A DNA stretch of 64,000 bases, from NCBI GenBank assembly GCA_024679065.1, contig JAGIQG010000009.1, positions 58,962,001 through 59,026,000 on the forward strand, given 5' to 3'. The notes under the pieces were generated by a model. That model did not search any database. It was not told the DNA's origin and saw nothing but the letters and a program-made list of their open reading frames with translations. The DNA comes from Sphyrna mokarran. Lineage: Eukaryota. A program made the translations under genes and the position numbers. Positions 52,198 to 64,000 of this stretch are shown here, in pieces. Within the stretch, counting starts at the first letter, position 1; each line of letters starts with the position of its first letter.

Positions 52198-54889
52198 GCA
52201 AGAAAAATATATACTTAATCACAATTCAATGTTTTTAATAATATCATAGAATGATTACAGCACAGGAGGCCATTTGGCCCATCGTATCTGTGACAGATGT
52301 ATTATTGAAATGTTTGTGGGCTTCAGGTGAAGTTGTGACTAAATTCTGCTGTGATGCCATTAACAGCTGAGTAGCCTAGAGCCAATTCTTAAAAATGGTC
52401 ACCTGAATTATGCATTGCAAAATAGCTTGAGCTATAGCATGAATCAGCACATTCAAAACTTGTAGCAAATTGGAAGGAAAAAGCTTATAATTGAAAGCGT
52501 TGTACTTGTCACTGATTATATGACGAAGATTTTAAAAAATAAAAATCTTGGAGACCCCAGAAGACTGAAAAGCAGCTAACCCGGCAGCAATTAATAAGAA
52601 ACTTTGGGAATTCTAGACCAATGAACCCAACCTCAGATTTAGTAAAATCAAGTGATTATTGCAAAGGACTCACTCAATTCAGTGTCAACCTTTGAAAATA
52701 AAGATGAGACATAAACCTGACATTGATTTACAACTGAGATTATGCCGTACTAGTTAATTAGATTTTTCTTTCCTGAAGAATGTGACTTAGTCTTTGGTAC
52801 ACAATTTAAAAAGAGCAACATTTTGTGTGACTTTCTAAAGACATTTGATACATCACCTACTTTGAAATACTTCATGAGGTAGCAAAGGTGAAATTTCAGC
52901 CATAGAATGCTGCAAAAACTGAAACAAACAATGTTTTGACAACATAAACTGAGAGAAATTATAACTATTGTTTGGGACCGAGTAAATGCATTGTATAATC
53001 TTGCAATATATAGACAAAGGTTCAATTTTCATGTGCTGAACTAGCTGATCTCAATCCAGATAGAAATAGGTATGACACAAAGGAAGCAAAGTTCTGTCCT
53101 CATCTGACATCTAGATATGAGTACCTTTTGGACACACCCACTGAATAACCTTCAGAAACCCAACTTGTCTTTTATTTCTGAGCCAGTTGGGCAGAGGCCA
53201 ATGATAGCTCTTCTGCTATCACTTTGACTACAGTCAGCTAACAAAATGAGAAATCAAACCTGGGGATATTCCTAATCTGCATTGCTTATTAACAGATGAT
53301 TGTTCAGAGCATTTATCCATTGAGTATTGATTTTTTAAAAAAGGGAAACGTTTTAATTTATAAATTCTTCAATTCTTTGTTATTGGGGCAGAAAGTGGGT
53401 AAGTCACCAACATAAGCATTGTGCAACAGAGTTCTCCCATCCACTTAAGCAACAGGTTTACTTAGAAGTGCCTGAATAAGGAATAACTGGCCTTCCATCT
53501 CTGAAACTGGCTTGAAATGATTTTGGATGGACTGAATTTTATTGCTCAAAGGCCATAGACCAATAGAATAAAAGTCCTAATTTGATGACTTCAACTAGAA
53601 ATTTATGTACAGTTAGGAGCAGGCTGGCTAATATTGCAATTGGGAAATATGTCACATTCTGTATCAGGAGTTTGCAAATATATGGATTAAACTTAATTAC
53701 AAATTAATTCACAGAAAATGTATTTAAATGTGTTTGTGAAAAAAAATCATATTATACACTAGAGAGCAATGAAAGTTCCATTGCTTGTGGAGCAAAAGGA
53801 GCCTGAGAGTGGAGCCTAAGATAATGATCCGACCAATCTATACACTGTCTGAATGTTGGATTATATCACTAGGAAGGACTTTTACTCGGCTGCATAACCT
53901 CTCTTTCTGGAAGAGTTCCGACTGCTTTCTAGCATCCCCAGGTGTGCAGTTTATATACATAGATTGGTCAGATTGTTATCTCATACATGTTCAATTCACA
54001 GGCTCTTTAGCTCCATATTCAAAGAGTACAAACAGTAGTGAATTCATTGTTCCCCAGTGTAATTGTGATATACCTCTCCTTGAAACAAAGATTAAGGCTT
54101 TGCTTACAAATATTGTATTCTCTTATGAGAGACAGCATAATAACTGTAGAAACAAAGTATTTTTAATCTAAACCTACTCCCCACTAATTATTATAATCAA
54201 ATAATTAGAATTAAACTTAACAGGCTGATCTAGGGACAACAGAACCTGCTCCATGTAGTTTAAGCCTGACATGTTTTGGAATGGATTTAAACTTCCGGCA
54301 TCTTTTAACTATAGAAAGCTCAATGTGCTGATACAATCAAATTGACTGATAGATGAATTGTGCCAAATACAAGAACTTTAATAATAAGATCTCTGAGATC
54401 TGAATATTTTCTGGAGCAGGATGACCCTGAGAATTTTCAGTCATAAAATTGGAGCGAAATTGGAAGCTTCTGTTCAAGTTTTTCTTTGTACAACAGGCTC
54501 CTTTATGACAGAACCACCTTGACCATTGCCTCTCCATCCTTCCCTCATTGTGCATCACCAGGTTTAATATTGAAGTTAATAGACTAAGGTTATAGACCTG
54601 ACTCTTTTTAATTGGCTTCACTAGCCTGGAAAGAAAATAAACCAAGAGGTTTTCCATTCTTGATGGCAGTAGCACAATGGGCTCAGTTGTAACACCCTCT
54701 TTGATCAGATATTGGATTAGCATAACACTACATCTGCACTCTCATTTCCTTCTCTATGAAAGGTATGCTCTGTCTGTATTGCACACAAGACAATACTTCT
54801 CACAGTATGCTAATAAATGTGACAATAACAAATCAATTCAAATCTTGAGAGAGACATGAGAGATTAACTTTTTTTGTCAGAAAGTTATA

Positions 54890-55275
54890 ACTTGTACTTA
54901 CACAGCATCTTCAATGACTTCAGAACGTCACAAAAGTATTTTATTTGAAATGAATTACATTTCAAGCATAGTCATCGATGTAGAGTAGGAAACACAGCAA
55001 GATACCACAAATATGATAATAGTCATATTGTGTTATGTCTTTCAGTAATTTTGGCAGATGGATAAATATTGTTCAGGACACAGAAGCAGTTCCCTACTCT
55101 TTTTCAAAATAGTAACCATGGAGCCTTTTACATTTGCTCGAGGCTGACAGGACCTCAGTTTAACATCTCTTCTGTACTGGGAGTGTCAGGCTGGTTTATG
55201 TTCTCAAACTTTTAGTTTAGGATTTGAACTCACAACCTTGTGACTCAGAGACAAGAGCGCTACCATTGATGTATA
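54890..55275 (-). mobile_element. Ancient Deu-domain SINE relic
   Basis: tRNA-like head (ggatttgaactcacaaccttgtgactcagag..agagcgctacca), core gacaggacctcagtttaacatctc; recognised from memory. Confidence 0.5.
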
Positions 55276-58035
55276 GCTGACATTATGGGAGTAGCAATTA
55301 AGAGTATCTGAAAGTCTTAGCATGTATCACCTGAGTATTTTCTTTATAAAAGTTGTCGTCTTCTTTATGGTAGCAATCTCATCCCAGATTAATTTAACAT
55401 TTGGATGAATTGAATGCATTATGTAGGCTAACATTTTAGTTACAGCATTGAGGAAGTGCTGTCAGAGATGTAATCTTTCAGATGCAACATTAAACTGAGA
55501 TTTTCTCATTTGTTTAGTTGGATGCAAGTGATTCCAAGAACCTGTAGAGTTTTTCCTCTGATATCTTGGTACATATTTAGTATTCAACTAACCACTTATT
55601 AAATTAAAATTTGAAGAAATGACTGCACTTCATTAACAGTCTGAAATGTCTGGAGATGTAAATGATATTAAAATACCTTCAATTTTTTAAACATTTTTAC
55701 TATTTTAGTTTTGTTTTAAATGTTTTGGCTTTTCAGGGGTTGAATATTTAAATGGCAGAAGTATCAATTTTTTTCATTGCAACATAGTCAAAAACAAGAT
55801 GGTTTGAAAAATTTATATAGGTGTCATAATGGGGATATAGAGGAACCCAAGTGCTTAGCTCAGTGAGTTTTGTGCCAAAGCATGAAAGTCACAAAAGATT
55901 CAAACAGATCTCTCACTTCATAGTATTAGGATGCTGCAATATCTACCCAGGAATGAATGAGAAACCAGGTAGAGGCACACTTAAATTCAGATTTGTTAAG
56001 ACTACAATATGCTGAAAGTGTAGAAAGTCAATTGGAGATAATACACGAGTGCAAGGCCAGAATGTTCTGTCTAACTTTAGTTGGATCATCACATTGACAA
56101 AACTGCACAAGTCTCTGAATCTCAAACTTGTAAGTTTGCTTTCTCATGTGGAAATAAAGTCATGAGAATAGTGGGTACTCCAGTATTTCAATGATTTGCA
56201 TTTAATTTTCCTATCCTGACTTGTGCCAGCAGGATATACATTTACATTTCTCTACAGGGAACAGGTCATTAAGTTGGAGAATATGTCAAAACTAAATGCT
56301 GTTGTGGATACCTCAAGCACCACCAATGGACAAGAAGATTCTAGAAAAACACAAAGTGTATAAGAACTGCATCACATTTAAAATAATCAACTCAGTTTGG
56401 GATTTACTTTGATTAGATTGTTACTGTTCATGGAATGGAACCTCTTAATTTGTTGAGAGTCCATTGACTGATGTACCATTCATTTGGTGGGACAAATGCA
56501 GAATTTGCAACCTCAAGTACTTCCTGTGCTCAGCCTTTTTATTTTCTTTTAGGTTTCTCCAACATTTCCAGATTCCTAATCCTCTTTTGAAGGCAAAATT
56601 TTAAGAGGCTATACTTCCCAAGTGTCAGGTATTTTTAACTGCCTCAAAGTAGTGCTTATTATTCATGTGTTTTCTTTCCTTCATTGATAGTGGATTATTT
56701 GACAGCAGCAGCACCACAAAATCCACATAGTGCAAAAATATTCTTCCAGATTGATCACTTGATTGCAAGAAAATGCAAATAGTTTTAATTAGGGTCTTCC
56801 CTAATCAAGATCACTGTGCTCACACTGCAAAGATTAGCAGAGCTACATTAAAGACAACAGCAAATTAGTCCCTTCTTGAGAGTTAGCTGATAGAGTAGTG
56901 AACTAAGAACATTCTGAGAATAAGCAAAGTAGCAGACACAAGGGGATAAACAACAGAATTGAAGAGCTATACAACTTACTTTGTGCTCCTACTACATATG
57001 TTATGTTAATATTAAGAGAAAGAAAAGGTCAAGACAAAAATGAGAGCAAGTGAAATAAGAGGCAGAAGTATTGCAATCACCAACCTTGAAATGGAAATCC
57101 ATGTTAACCTCCAATTTTGGTACACAAAAACCAATTGCAGCCATAAGCAGAAATAAGTGGATGGGAAAGTTGGAGAGAAAAAAAGTCAATGAACATGGAA
57201 AGTTAATTCATCCCACAGAACTGGGGTCAATTCCTAAATAGCCATTCACATAGTCCCTCACCTCCACTTCCTCTCCATCCCATTTATAAAAATCATTTAA
57301 AATAAATTACAAAAGTGCTATAATGGAATCTCTCCCACCATGGTTTCTGGTAGGGTTTGACATAAACCTAACAACCTCCTGTATAATAGAAAATTTTACT
57401 GACCTCACCTTTTTTTGGATAAGCAAATTTATTCTCTCAAAATCAGTCTTCTTCCTTGATTTGCCTTTACAAAACTACTTTCGAGCACTTTTTCCCACTC
57501 TCATTTGAGCTTTCATTGCACAATTAAAGCCATTAGCTGAGTGATTTGTTTCTACATCATTTATGTAGTCATGCTGTCTAGAACCAGGATATCCAAAACC
57601 AGCTTACATTACTTTGTGTAGAAAGAGCATTACCTCTACTTTTACACTTTATGCCCATATGAATCATGTGCATTTACAAATGTAGCTTTATCAATTTGTC
57701 CCTCAGTATTTGAAAGTTTTGATCATTTACTGAAAATAGTCTATAGGTTTGATCCCTATACAGGATGAGCACATTGTTCTTTCATCTTCAGAAACAACGT
57801 TTATAACCATTCCAGCCTTTTGTACAAACCAGCAAATAAGAGTTAACTTGCTTTGTGTGCTCATCTATATTGTGTTAACAAGAAAAAAAAACCACAGTGT
57901 TCTAAGATAAAGCTGCCAGAATTTGCAGCATTTAGTTAGATTTTTTTAAAAAAAAGATAGTAGCAACCCTGCTTACACTTAAGAAAAAAATAAAACCACA
58001 TACTGTGAAACACTGAAATAGACCACCACAGTGTA

Positions 58036-58076
58036 TTTATTAAATACAATGTTTATTAAAGTGAACACATTTTATT
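58036..58076 (-). terminator. Three clustered AATAAA polyadenylation signals of KEAP1
   Basis: tttatt at 58036-58041, 58052-58057, 58071-58076; GU/U-rich sequence follows on the minus strand; implies a ~0.85-kb 3'UTR. Confidence 0.7.
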
Positions 58077-58902
58077 AAAAATACTGTCTTAGAAATTAAG
58101 TCACTGATGTTCATTTTGTTAGAATAGATTCAATTATTTATTTTGGAAATCTTTACTGAAGTACTAGTGCAAAATAATCTGGTATGGCACCGGCAAACTG
58201 TCGTACTTAAATTCCACACTTCCCCTTCTCAATACAGAGCACAAGAGAAACCAGATGTAGTGAGCAAAAGGAGAAAATCTTTTAAATGGATGTTCCTTCC
58301 AGTGCCCATCCCCCTGCTCCTCCTCTAATTCTGTGCAGCTAATGTAATCCGACCTGGATTCTGCACTCTCACATGGAACAGAGAGTCGTGCTCCAATTTA
58401 CTACCATATGCTCATCTATTACGGTTATTTAGTGCATGCTGTTCAAGAAGTGGGTAATTACAAATATCAAAGTTAATTAATTTAGGTAATTAGCATATTG
58501 TTACAAGATGCCATTCTCATTAGAACATGGAAATTGTCTTTGGGAATAGGTGATAAACACTGTAGATTTCAGATTGGTGAGCAAGACAAACCCTGCAACA
58601 CAAACCCACCTGTGAATATCTAACAAGTATTCATTAAGCACTCTAATTGGACTGTTTGTGGGATTCAGAATTTACGTTCCTCATCAGTTATTAAATGTCA
58701 AATTAAGGGGGTTTATATAAATTCTTTAAAGTTACAGGAAACAAGTGCAAAAAACCCAAAAAAACTGCCCTTCTGTGATCTGACTGCATAGGTGAAATTG
58801 GGATTTACAGCAGAGAGCCGGTACTGTCTTTCAAAATGATAACCGCACTATAAAGTCCAGTAGAACTGTTAAGATTGGAGACTGATCCAGAGATTGGGAA
58901 CA

Positions 58903-59051
58903 TTAGCGCCGAGCCAAGTTGCACGGTTCCATTGTCACAGCCACACCAACACCACTCCTGCCTGAGGTCATCTCTGTCACTTCTGTCCATTGGCCAGTGT
59001 CTGGATCAAAGCATTCTACGCTACTAAGAAAATCTTGTCCATCATAACCAC
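58903..59051 (-). CDS. KEAP1: Kelch-like ECH-associated protein 1, last coding exon (Kelch repeat 6 + C-terminal region)
   Basis: tttttatttacag|GT GGT TAT... (G)[48 protein letters not shown]; [17 protein letters not shown] is diagnostic of KEAP1. No upstream exon found in the window. Confidence 0.93.
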
Positions 59052-60735
59052 CTGTAAATAAAAAAAAGTACATTAAAATGTGAATGCTTTGCATCTACTG
59101 AAATTAACATTCCTGCAGTTCAGCTTTGACTATTTTTTTCTCTCCACAGATGTTGTCAGATCTGCTTATGACCATTGCTGTCTCCAAAAAATTTAAACTC
59201 TAATTAAAATTGAGTGAATTTATGTTTGTGACCTCGACAAAATACCTGGCAGTATTGGGGAAACTTGCATATTGTCATTTCTGAACAGCCAACAATGACG
59301 CTATGTAGACTGCAGACTAAATTCAAAGAGAGCTATACGAAATCCATTTGCATATCATAATCTAGGCTGGACAATAGGAGTTTGCTTGTCCAAGACAAAT
59401 GATCTGCAACCTTCCTTTCAATTCTTAATGGATGAGACATTTAATGATCTCTGGATTCAGACGTGGGATACATGTCCTTTATCAAAGATGTGTTATCAAA
59501 GACAGTGTGGAAAGATGGGTGGCATGTAACATGGGCCTCTGGCTTGTGGAACCAGTAATATTTCCTTGCTAAACTACAAAGTCTCAGTCTGCTTTTTATC
59601 TGATTGGCAGCCTTATGTGCCATCTACACAGCTTCTGTTCCATCTCTTATGAGACAAGTTCATCTGTACATGCCTCTCATTGTGTGATTGCAGGATCTTA
59701 ATTGTATCTGCTATTGAAGTTTGTCTGTTTCATTTTTGGGCTTAAAGTGCAATAAATATTTTCAGTTAAGTTTACATCTAGAAAAATTGAAAAACTGGAA
59801 AAGTTTTTTGCTCACTGACATCTTGTGAAGGGATGCCTTATTGGAATTTGAGTCTGGACTTCAGGACTCAAAATAATATTTATTTTCTATATGGTTTCTG
59901 CACTCCAAATCTTTCTTTGCACTCATGTAGCAAAAGTGGGATAAAGGGGACAATATTGTGACCTTCCTGCATATTGAGGTTGTGCAAGTAAGCTAACTTT
60001 TGAGTTCCCTCTGAGGTTAATAGAAAATTGGATCTCACCAACACTGAGGGACTGGGGAAAAATGCCATTTATAAAGGAGTAAGGAAATCAAAACTGTTTG
60101 TGGAATGGTGGTGAGAGAAATTAGTGTGTTTAAATTAACACCTTCCATGTCCATAGGTAGAGGTAGAGATAATCTCACCTGCCTGCTCCCCAGCAGTGTA
60201 AACCAAATAAAAGAAATTGCAAGTCTTGGTTTAGTGGTTGCGCTCTGGATTCTTGTGTGAGAATATCAATGACATTTTTGTTGTTGGAACAGATTCTTTT
60301 CTTTCTTTTGGATATCTTTACCCAAGTGCAAAAGCACAATGAGCCAATAAAGTTGTGGGGTGAAGCCTCATTCCAAAGACTTGAATCACTTCAGCACAAT
60401 AAATAGAGTGCCATCTTTTTCATGAAATGTTGAACTCTCACTCAATAGGCTTGCAATTATCCAATAATTCTGCAATACTGTTAGCAGGAATTTACTTGGC
60501 ATGCTTGCCTATAATGACTACACTTTAAAAAGTACTTCATTAGCCAAGAAAGCAGCTTAAAACAAAGTTATTTCTTCCTTTTAGGGGAGAAAATTATATA
60601 ACTTTCCCAAGATGACAAAGGCATGCCTGGTTAGAGATTCTCATGATGTGGAGATGCTGGCACTGAACTGGGATAAGCACAGTAAGAAGTCTCAACATCA
60701 GAGTAAAGTCCAAAAGATTTATTTAGTAGCATAAG

Positions 60736-60772
60736 CCACAAGTTTTCAGAGCACTGCCCCTTCATCAGGTGA
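60736..60772 (-). ncRNA. Hammerhead ribozyme, stem III point mutant
   Basis: Same as 60896-60932 except GAAA-aCUU. Confidence 0.65.
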
Positions 60773-60895
60773 GTGGGGGTTATGTTCACAAACAGGGCAT
60801 ATGTAGACACAAACTCCATTTACAAGATAATCGTTGGAATCTGAGTAAATGGAGTTTGTGTCTACATATGCCCTGTTTGTGAACACAACCACCAC

Positions 60896-60932
60896 TCACC
60901 TGATGAAGGGGCAGTGCTCTGAAAGCTTGTGG
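60896..60932 (+). ncRNA. Minimal type I hammerhead ribozyme, core intact
   Basis: UCAC-CUGAUGA-A-GGGGC agu GCUCU-GAAA-GCUU-GUGG; palindromic stem III, triplet CUU. Confidence 0.75.
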
Positions 60933-61929
60933 CTTATGCTACTAAATAAACCTGTTGGACTTTACCCTGGTGTTGAGAGACTTCTTACTAGAGATTCTGA
61001 AGCAGACAGCACTATTGTCCTTGGAGGAGTAGGGAAGCCAGGAGCTCAGGACTCACTTGCTGATTTTGGATTGTTTTGCAACGATCCTAAAGGTAAGTTT
61101 ACACATGCAGCCTTTTTGTGATAACCTTCAGCATAGCTGAACAGTGCGCAGGTATACCATCTATGATCCTGAATGCTACTTATTTGGAACTGACAACATG
61201 GAATTTGCATCATTAGGAAAGGAAACATATTCGACAAAGTGAACTTTGAACATCAAAATATGTAATATGTTTAGTGCAGTTGATCCAAAATTAGTATGAA
61301 AACCACATCAGCAGTTTTCCTGGAACAAGACTCAAAGGATTAACAAAACCAATGGCAATTTTTCTAGAAGTAAACTTAACTGAAAATATTTTATTGCATT
61401 TCTTTATTTAAGCTCAATAACGAAACAGACTTTAGTTTAATAGCAGATACAATCAAGATCCTGCAATCATCATTACCTTTGTTCCCAAAGGAACTATTCA
61501 GTTTATTTTTGATGAATGTTTTGTGCTGAAAGTGAATATTAGTGTTGAAAAAAGAAGCACTAACAGTTGGTCAATGCAGCAGAGACTAGAAGATAATTTT
61601 CCTTCTGCATTTTTATCTCCCAAACATGAGTGTCAATCAAACAAAACATTGCAGTGAATTTTTCAGTTATTCTGAATGGTAAGCGCTGGGAGACTAGATT
61701 TCAGAGGACCCTGACAGATAGACATTCTGCTAATCTAGACTGGGTTTAGTTTTAGATTGCATTGATGAGCTGGTGCCCCTCAAGTAACGTACTTAAACAC
61801 TTGCATTAAGATGTGCTTAATCTAGCTTCATGAAATATATGGAACTACACTGACAGCTGTCTGCAACTATATTGAATAGGGTTAAAAAGAAACAGAACTG
61901 CTTACCATTTTAACCCTGTTCTGTTCATA

Positions 61930-62355
61930 CTGGAACAGTAGTAGGCTCATAACCTATACTGCCATTCTATTAAATCAAAACTGTTGTCTATCTCAACTCC
62001 ATTTACCAACCTTAGTTGCATAATGCTCAATATCTCTGCCCAACAAAAATCATCAATCTCAGTTTTGAAATTTTCTATTTACCTGGCTTTAACAGCTTTT
62101 GGGAGATCTTTCCAATTAAGTATCCTTTTTGTGAAGTGCTTTCTTTGCCCCTATATAGTTTAGCTGTAACTTTAAGGTTATGCCTGTTTGTACTAAATGC
62201 CCAAAGCAAATGAAATGATTTCTCTCTCTCTCTCTCTGTTATGCTCTCAACTTTTCAAATAATTGAATATTTCAATTAGATAATCTCTTAATTTCCTATA
62301 CTCTTGGAATGCAAGCTTAGTCATGCAACCCTTCCTCAATTTAGCTCTTTTAGCT
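61930..62355 (-). mobile_element. Decayed CR1-like LINE 3' fragment
   Basis: Antisense CR1 3'UTR/ORF2-like sequence similar to 9198-9670; another piece at ~63118-63320. Confidence 0.5.
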
Positions 62356-63759
62356 TCTATTTCCTATGCAGAATGTAATACAAGAATGTGAACTGTTTGG
62401 AAGTTTGATCTTTTAATATTGGACTTTAACACCAAATTAGATTCTCAAAGAGAAAATGCAGTTAGCATTTTAGGTGGCTCACTTTATCAATTCTAAACTC
62501 TGAAAAACAGGTCAAACCCAAAATGTTAACTGATCTCTCTCAAATGTTGATTAGCCTGCCATAGTTTCTTTTAATCTCAGATCTTAAATTATTTGTTCAA
62601 AAATACATATCTCCTTAAAATGTGACAATATACAATTTAATAGGTCTGTTATGCTGAACATTAAGTCAATTATGCATTTCAAAATATGAATGAGCACAGA
62701 ACAATTGGTGGAATTAAGTGATTTAGTATTTGCAAATTCGTGACAGAAATGCATAAAAATCCAGAAAAATGAATTCCTTGCTTAAATTGAAAAGGTCAGT
62801 CAGCAAACCTTAAAACCCAGGATCTTGTGGCTTTCTTTACATCATCTGTAAGATTTTTAGAAAACACAACTGACCGTAAACCATCAAACCACAACAGGAA
62901 GCCCACTAAAAGGAAACTGCTCAAAATCAGAAGCCAGGAAATGTACTTTGAGCTATTAACTAAGGAAAGACTAGTTTGATGTATTTACGGCAATATTTTC
63001 CAGTTTTGAAACACAAGAGTAAGCTTGAGTTGTGCACATCACTCTGCAGCCCCCTACACAATCTACCTATCCAACAATAATTAGATATTAACATAATTTG
63101 GTATTTGTAGGTTCCTGAGAATATAAGAAATAAGTGCAGGAAAAGCCCATTGGGCCTGGTCTGCCATTCAACACGATCATAGCTGATCTTGGGTTTCAAC
63201 TCCATGTTTCCACCCACTCTCCATATGCCTCATTCCCTCAACAGACCAAAACTCTATCTTTAGATATATTCAATGATGGAGCCACAAAGCTTTACGCTGC
63301 ATGAAAAAGATTTCTCATCAGTCACTAATAAGTCCTTAGTATACTTGTACTGCCAATTCACCATTAACAGCAAATCCAAGAATCAGCAGCTAACCAACAA
63401 TGCTACCGATGCGGCCCTCATGATTTCCCATGTTGTTGTCAGGTGACCTACACAAAGTACTAATAATTGCCCAAAGGCTTTCCAGTCACTAATTTGTTCA
63501 AAAACAATCTACTTACATTTGAAAAAGAGTGTCTGAATTGTTATGCATTACAGCATTTCTGGTTTTGTACATCTTTACGTTAAGCAAGGTTTTGTTAATC
63601 CCAATAAAATGGTCAATACCTATAATTTTAGAGTGGACACATATGCAATTGTAGAAATTGCTCTGCAGCAGGAATACTTCAGTAGCAGTTTTAATAACAT
63701 AACTCATCTACATGTGACTAATAGGTTGTACTTATTGGACTTGGCATGTCTAAGAGTCG

Positions 63760-63842
63760 TGATGTGGAGATGCCGGCGTTGGACTGGGGTAAACACAGTA
63801 AGTAGTCTCACAACACCAGGTTAAAGTCCAACAGGTTTATTT
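63760..63842 (-). mobile_element. Penelope family 3' terminus, truncated or interrupted
   Basis: tgatgtggagatgccggcgttggactggggtaaacacagtaag...agtccaacaggtttattt, close to 920-1001. Confidence 0.85.
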
Positions 63843-64000
63843 AGAACACTACAGCACAAACAGGCCCTTCGGCCCACAAGTTGTGCTGAACACATCAAAA
63901 CCTACCCAGCCATAGACCTATCTATAACCCCCAATCCCATTGGATCCCATATACTCATCCAGAAGTCTTTTAAAAGACCCCAGCGAGTTCGCCTCGACCA
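63843..64000 (-). mobile_element. CR1-like LINE 3' end, continues beyond the window
   Basis: agaacactacagcacaaacaggcccttcggcccaca..., typical antisense CR1 tail; CpG-retaining, so probably young. Confidence 0.6.

Larger units (their letters stand above)
60642..60988 (-). mobile_element. ~350-bp non-coding Penelope fold-back element in the last KEAP1 intron
   Basis: TSD tagagattct (60632-60641, 60989-60998); ~143-bp inverted arms 60681-60823 / 60845-60989 with 21-nt spacer; ~40-nt unpaired family tail. Confidence 0.93.

Noticed and set aside
1013-60932. Selective inactivation of hammerheads on the host sense (minus) strand
   Set aside because: Plus-strand copies are about equally mutated, often by CpG decay, and one minus-strand core is intact; sample too small.
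60631-61121. Twin divergent ORFs MEFVSTYALFVN...
   Set aside because: Mirror translations of the inverted-repeat arms, not genes.

Overview
Eukaryotic, AT-rich and repeat-rich genomic DNA, most likely from a cartilaginous fish (shark) judging by the HE1/V-SINE-, CR1- and Penelope-type repeats; the species cannot be fixed from sequence alone. Two protein-coding genes lie on the minus strand. One is the 5' part of an SSBP3-type gene (CpG-island promoter ~37.5-38.2 kb, coding exons 1-4, then an intron running off the left edge). The other is the last coding exon and 3'UTR of a KEAP1 gene (~58-59 kb). The rest is intron/intergenic DNA with a Gypsy relic, CR1, Rex1-like, RTE and L2 LINE fragments, SINEs, a composite tandem-repeat block and a strong CTCF motif. 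The most striking signal is a Penelope-like retroelement family whose terminal repeats carry minimal type I hammerhead ribozymes with covarying stems. It has inserted as fold-back (inverted-repeat) copies from 2 kb down to ~150 bp, including a ~350-bp non-coding hairpin with a hammerhead on each strand. All alignments and folds were done by eye, and repeat boundaries are approximate unless a TSD or splice site is given.
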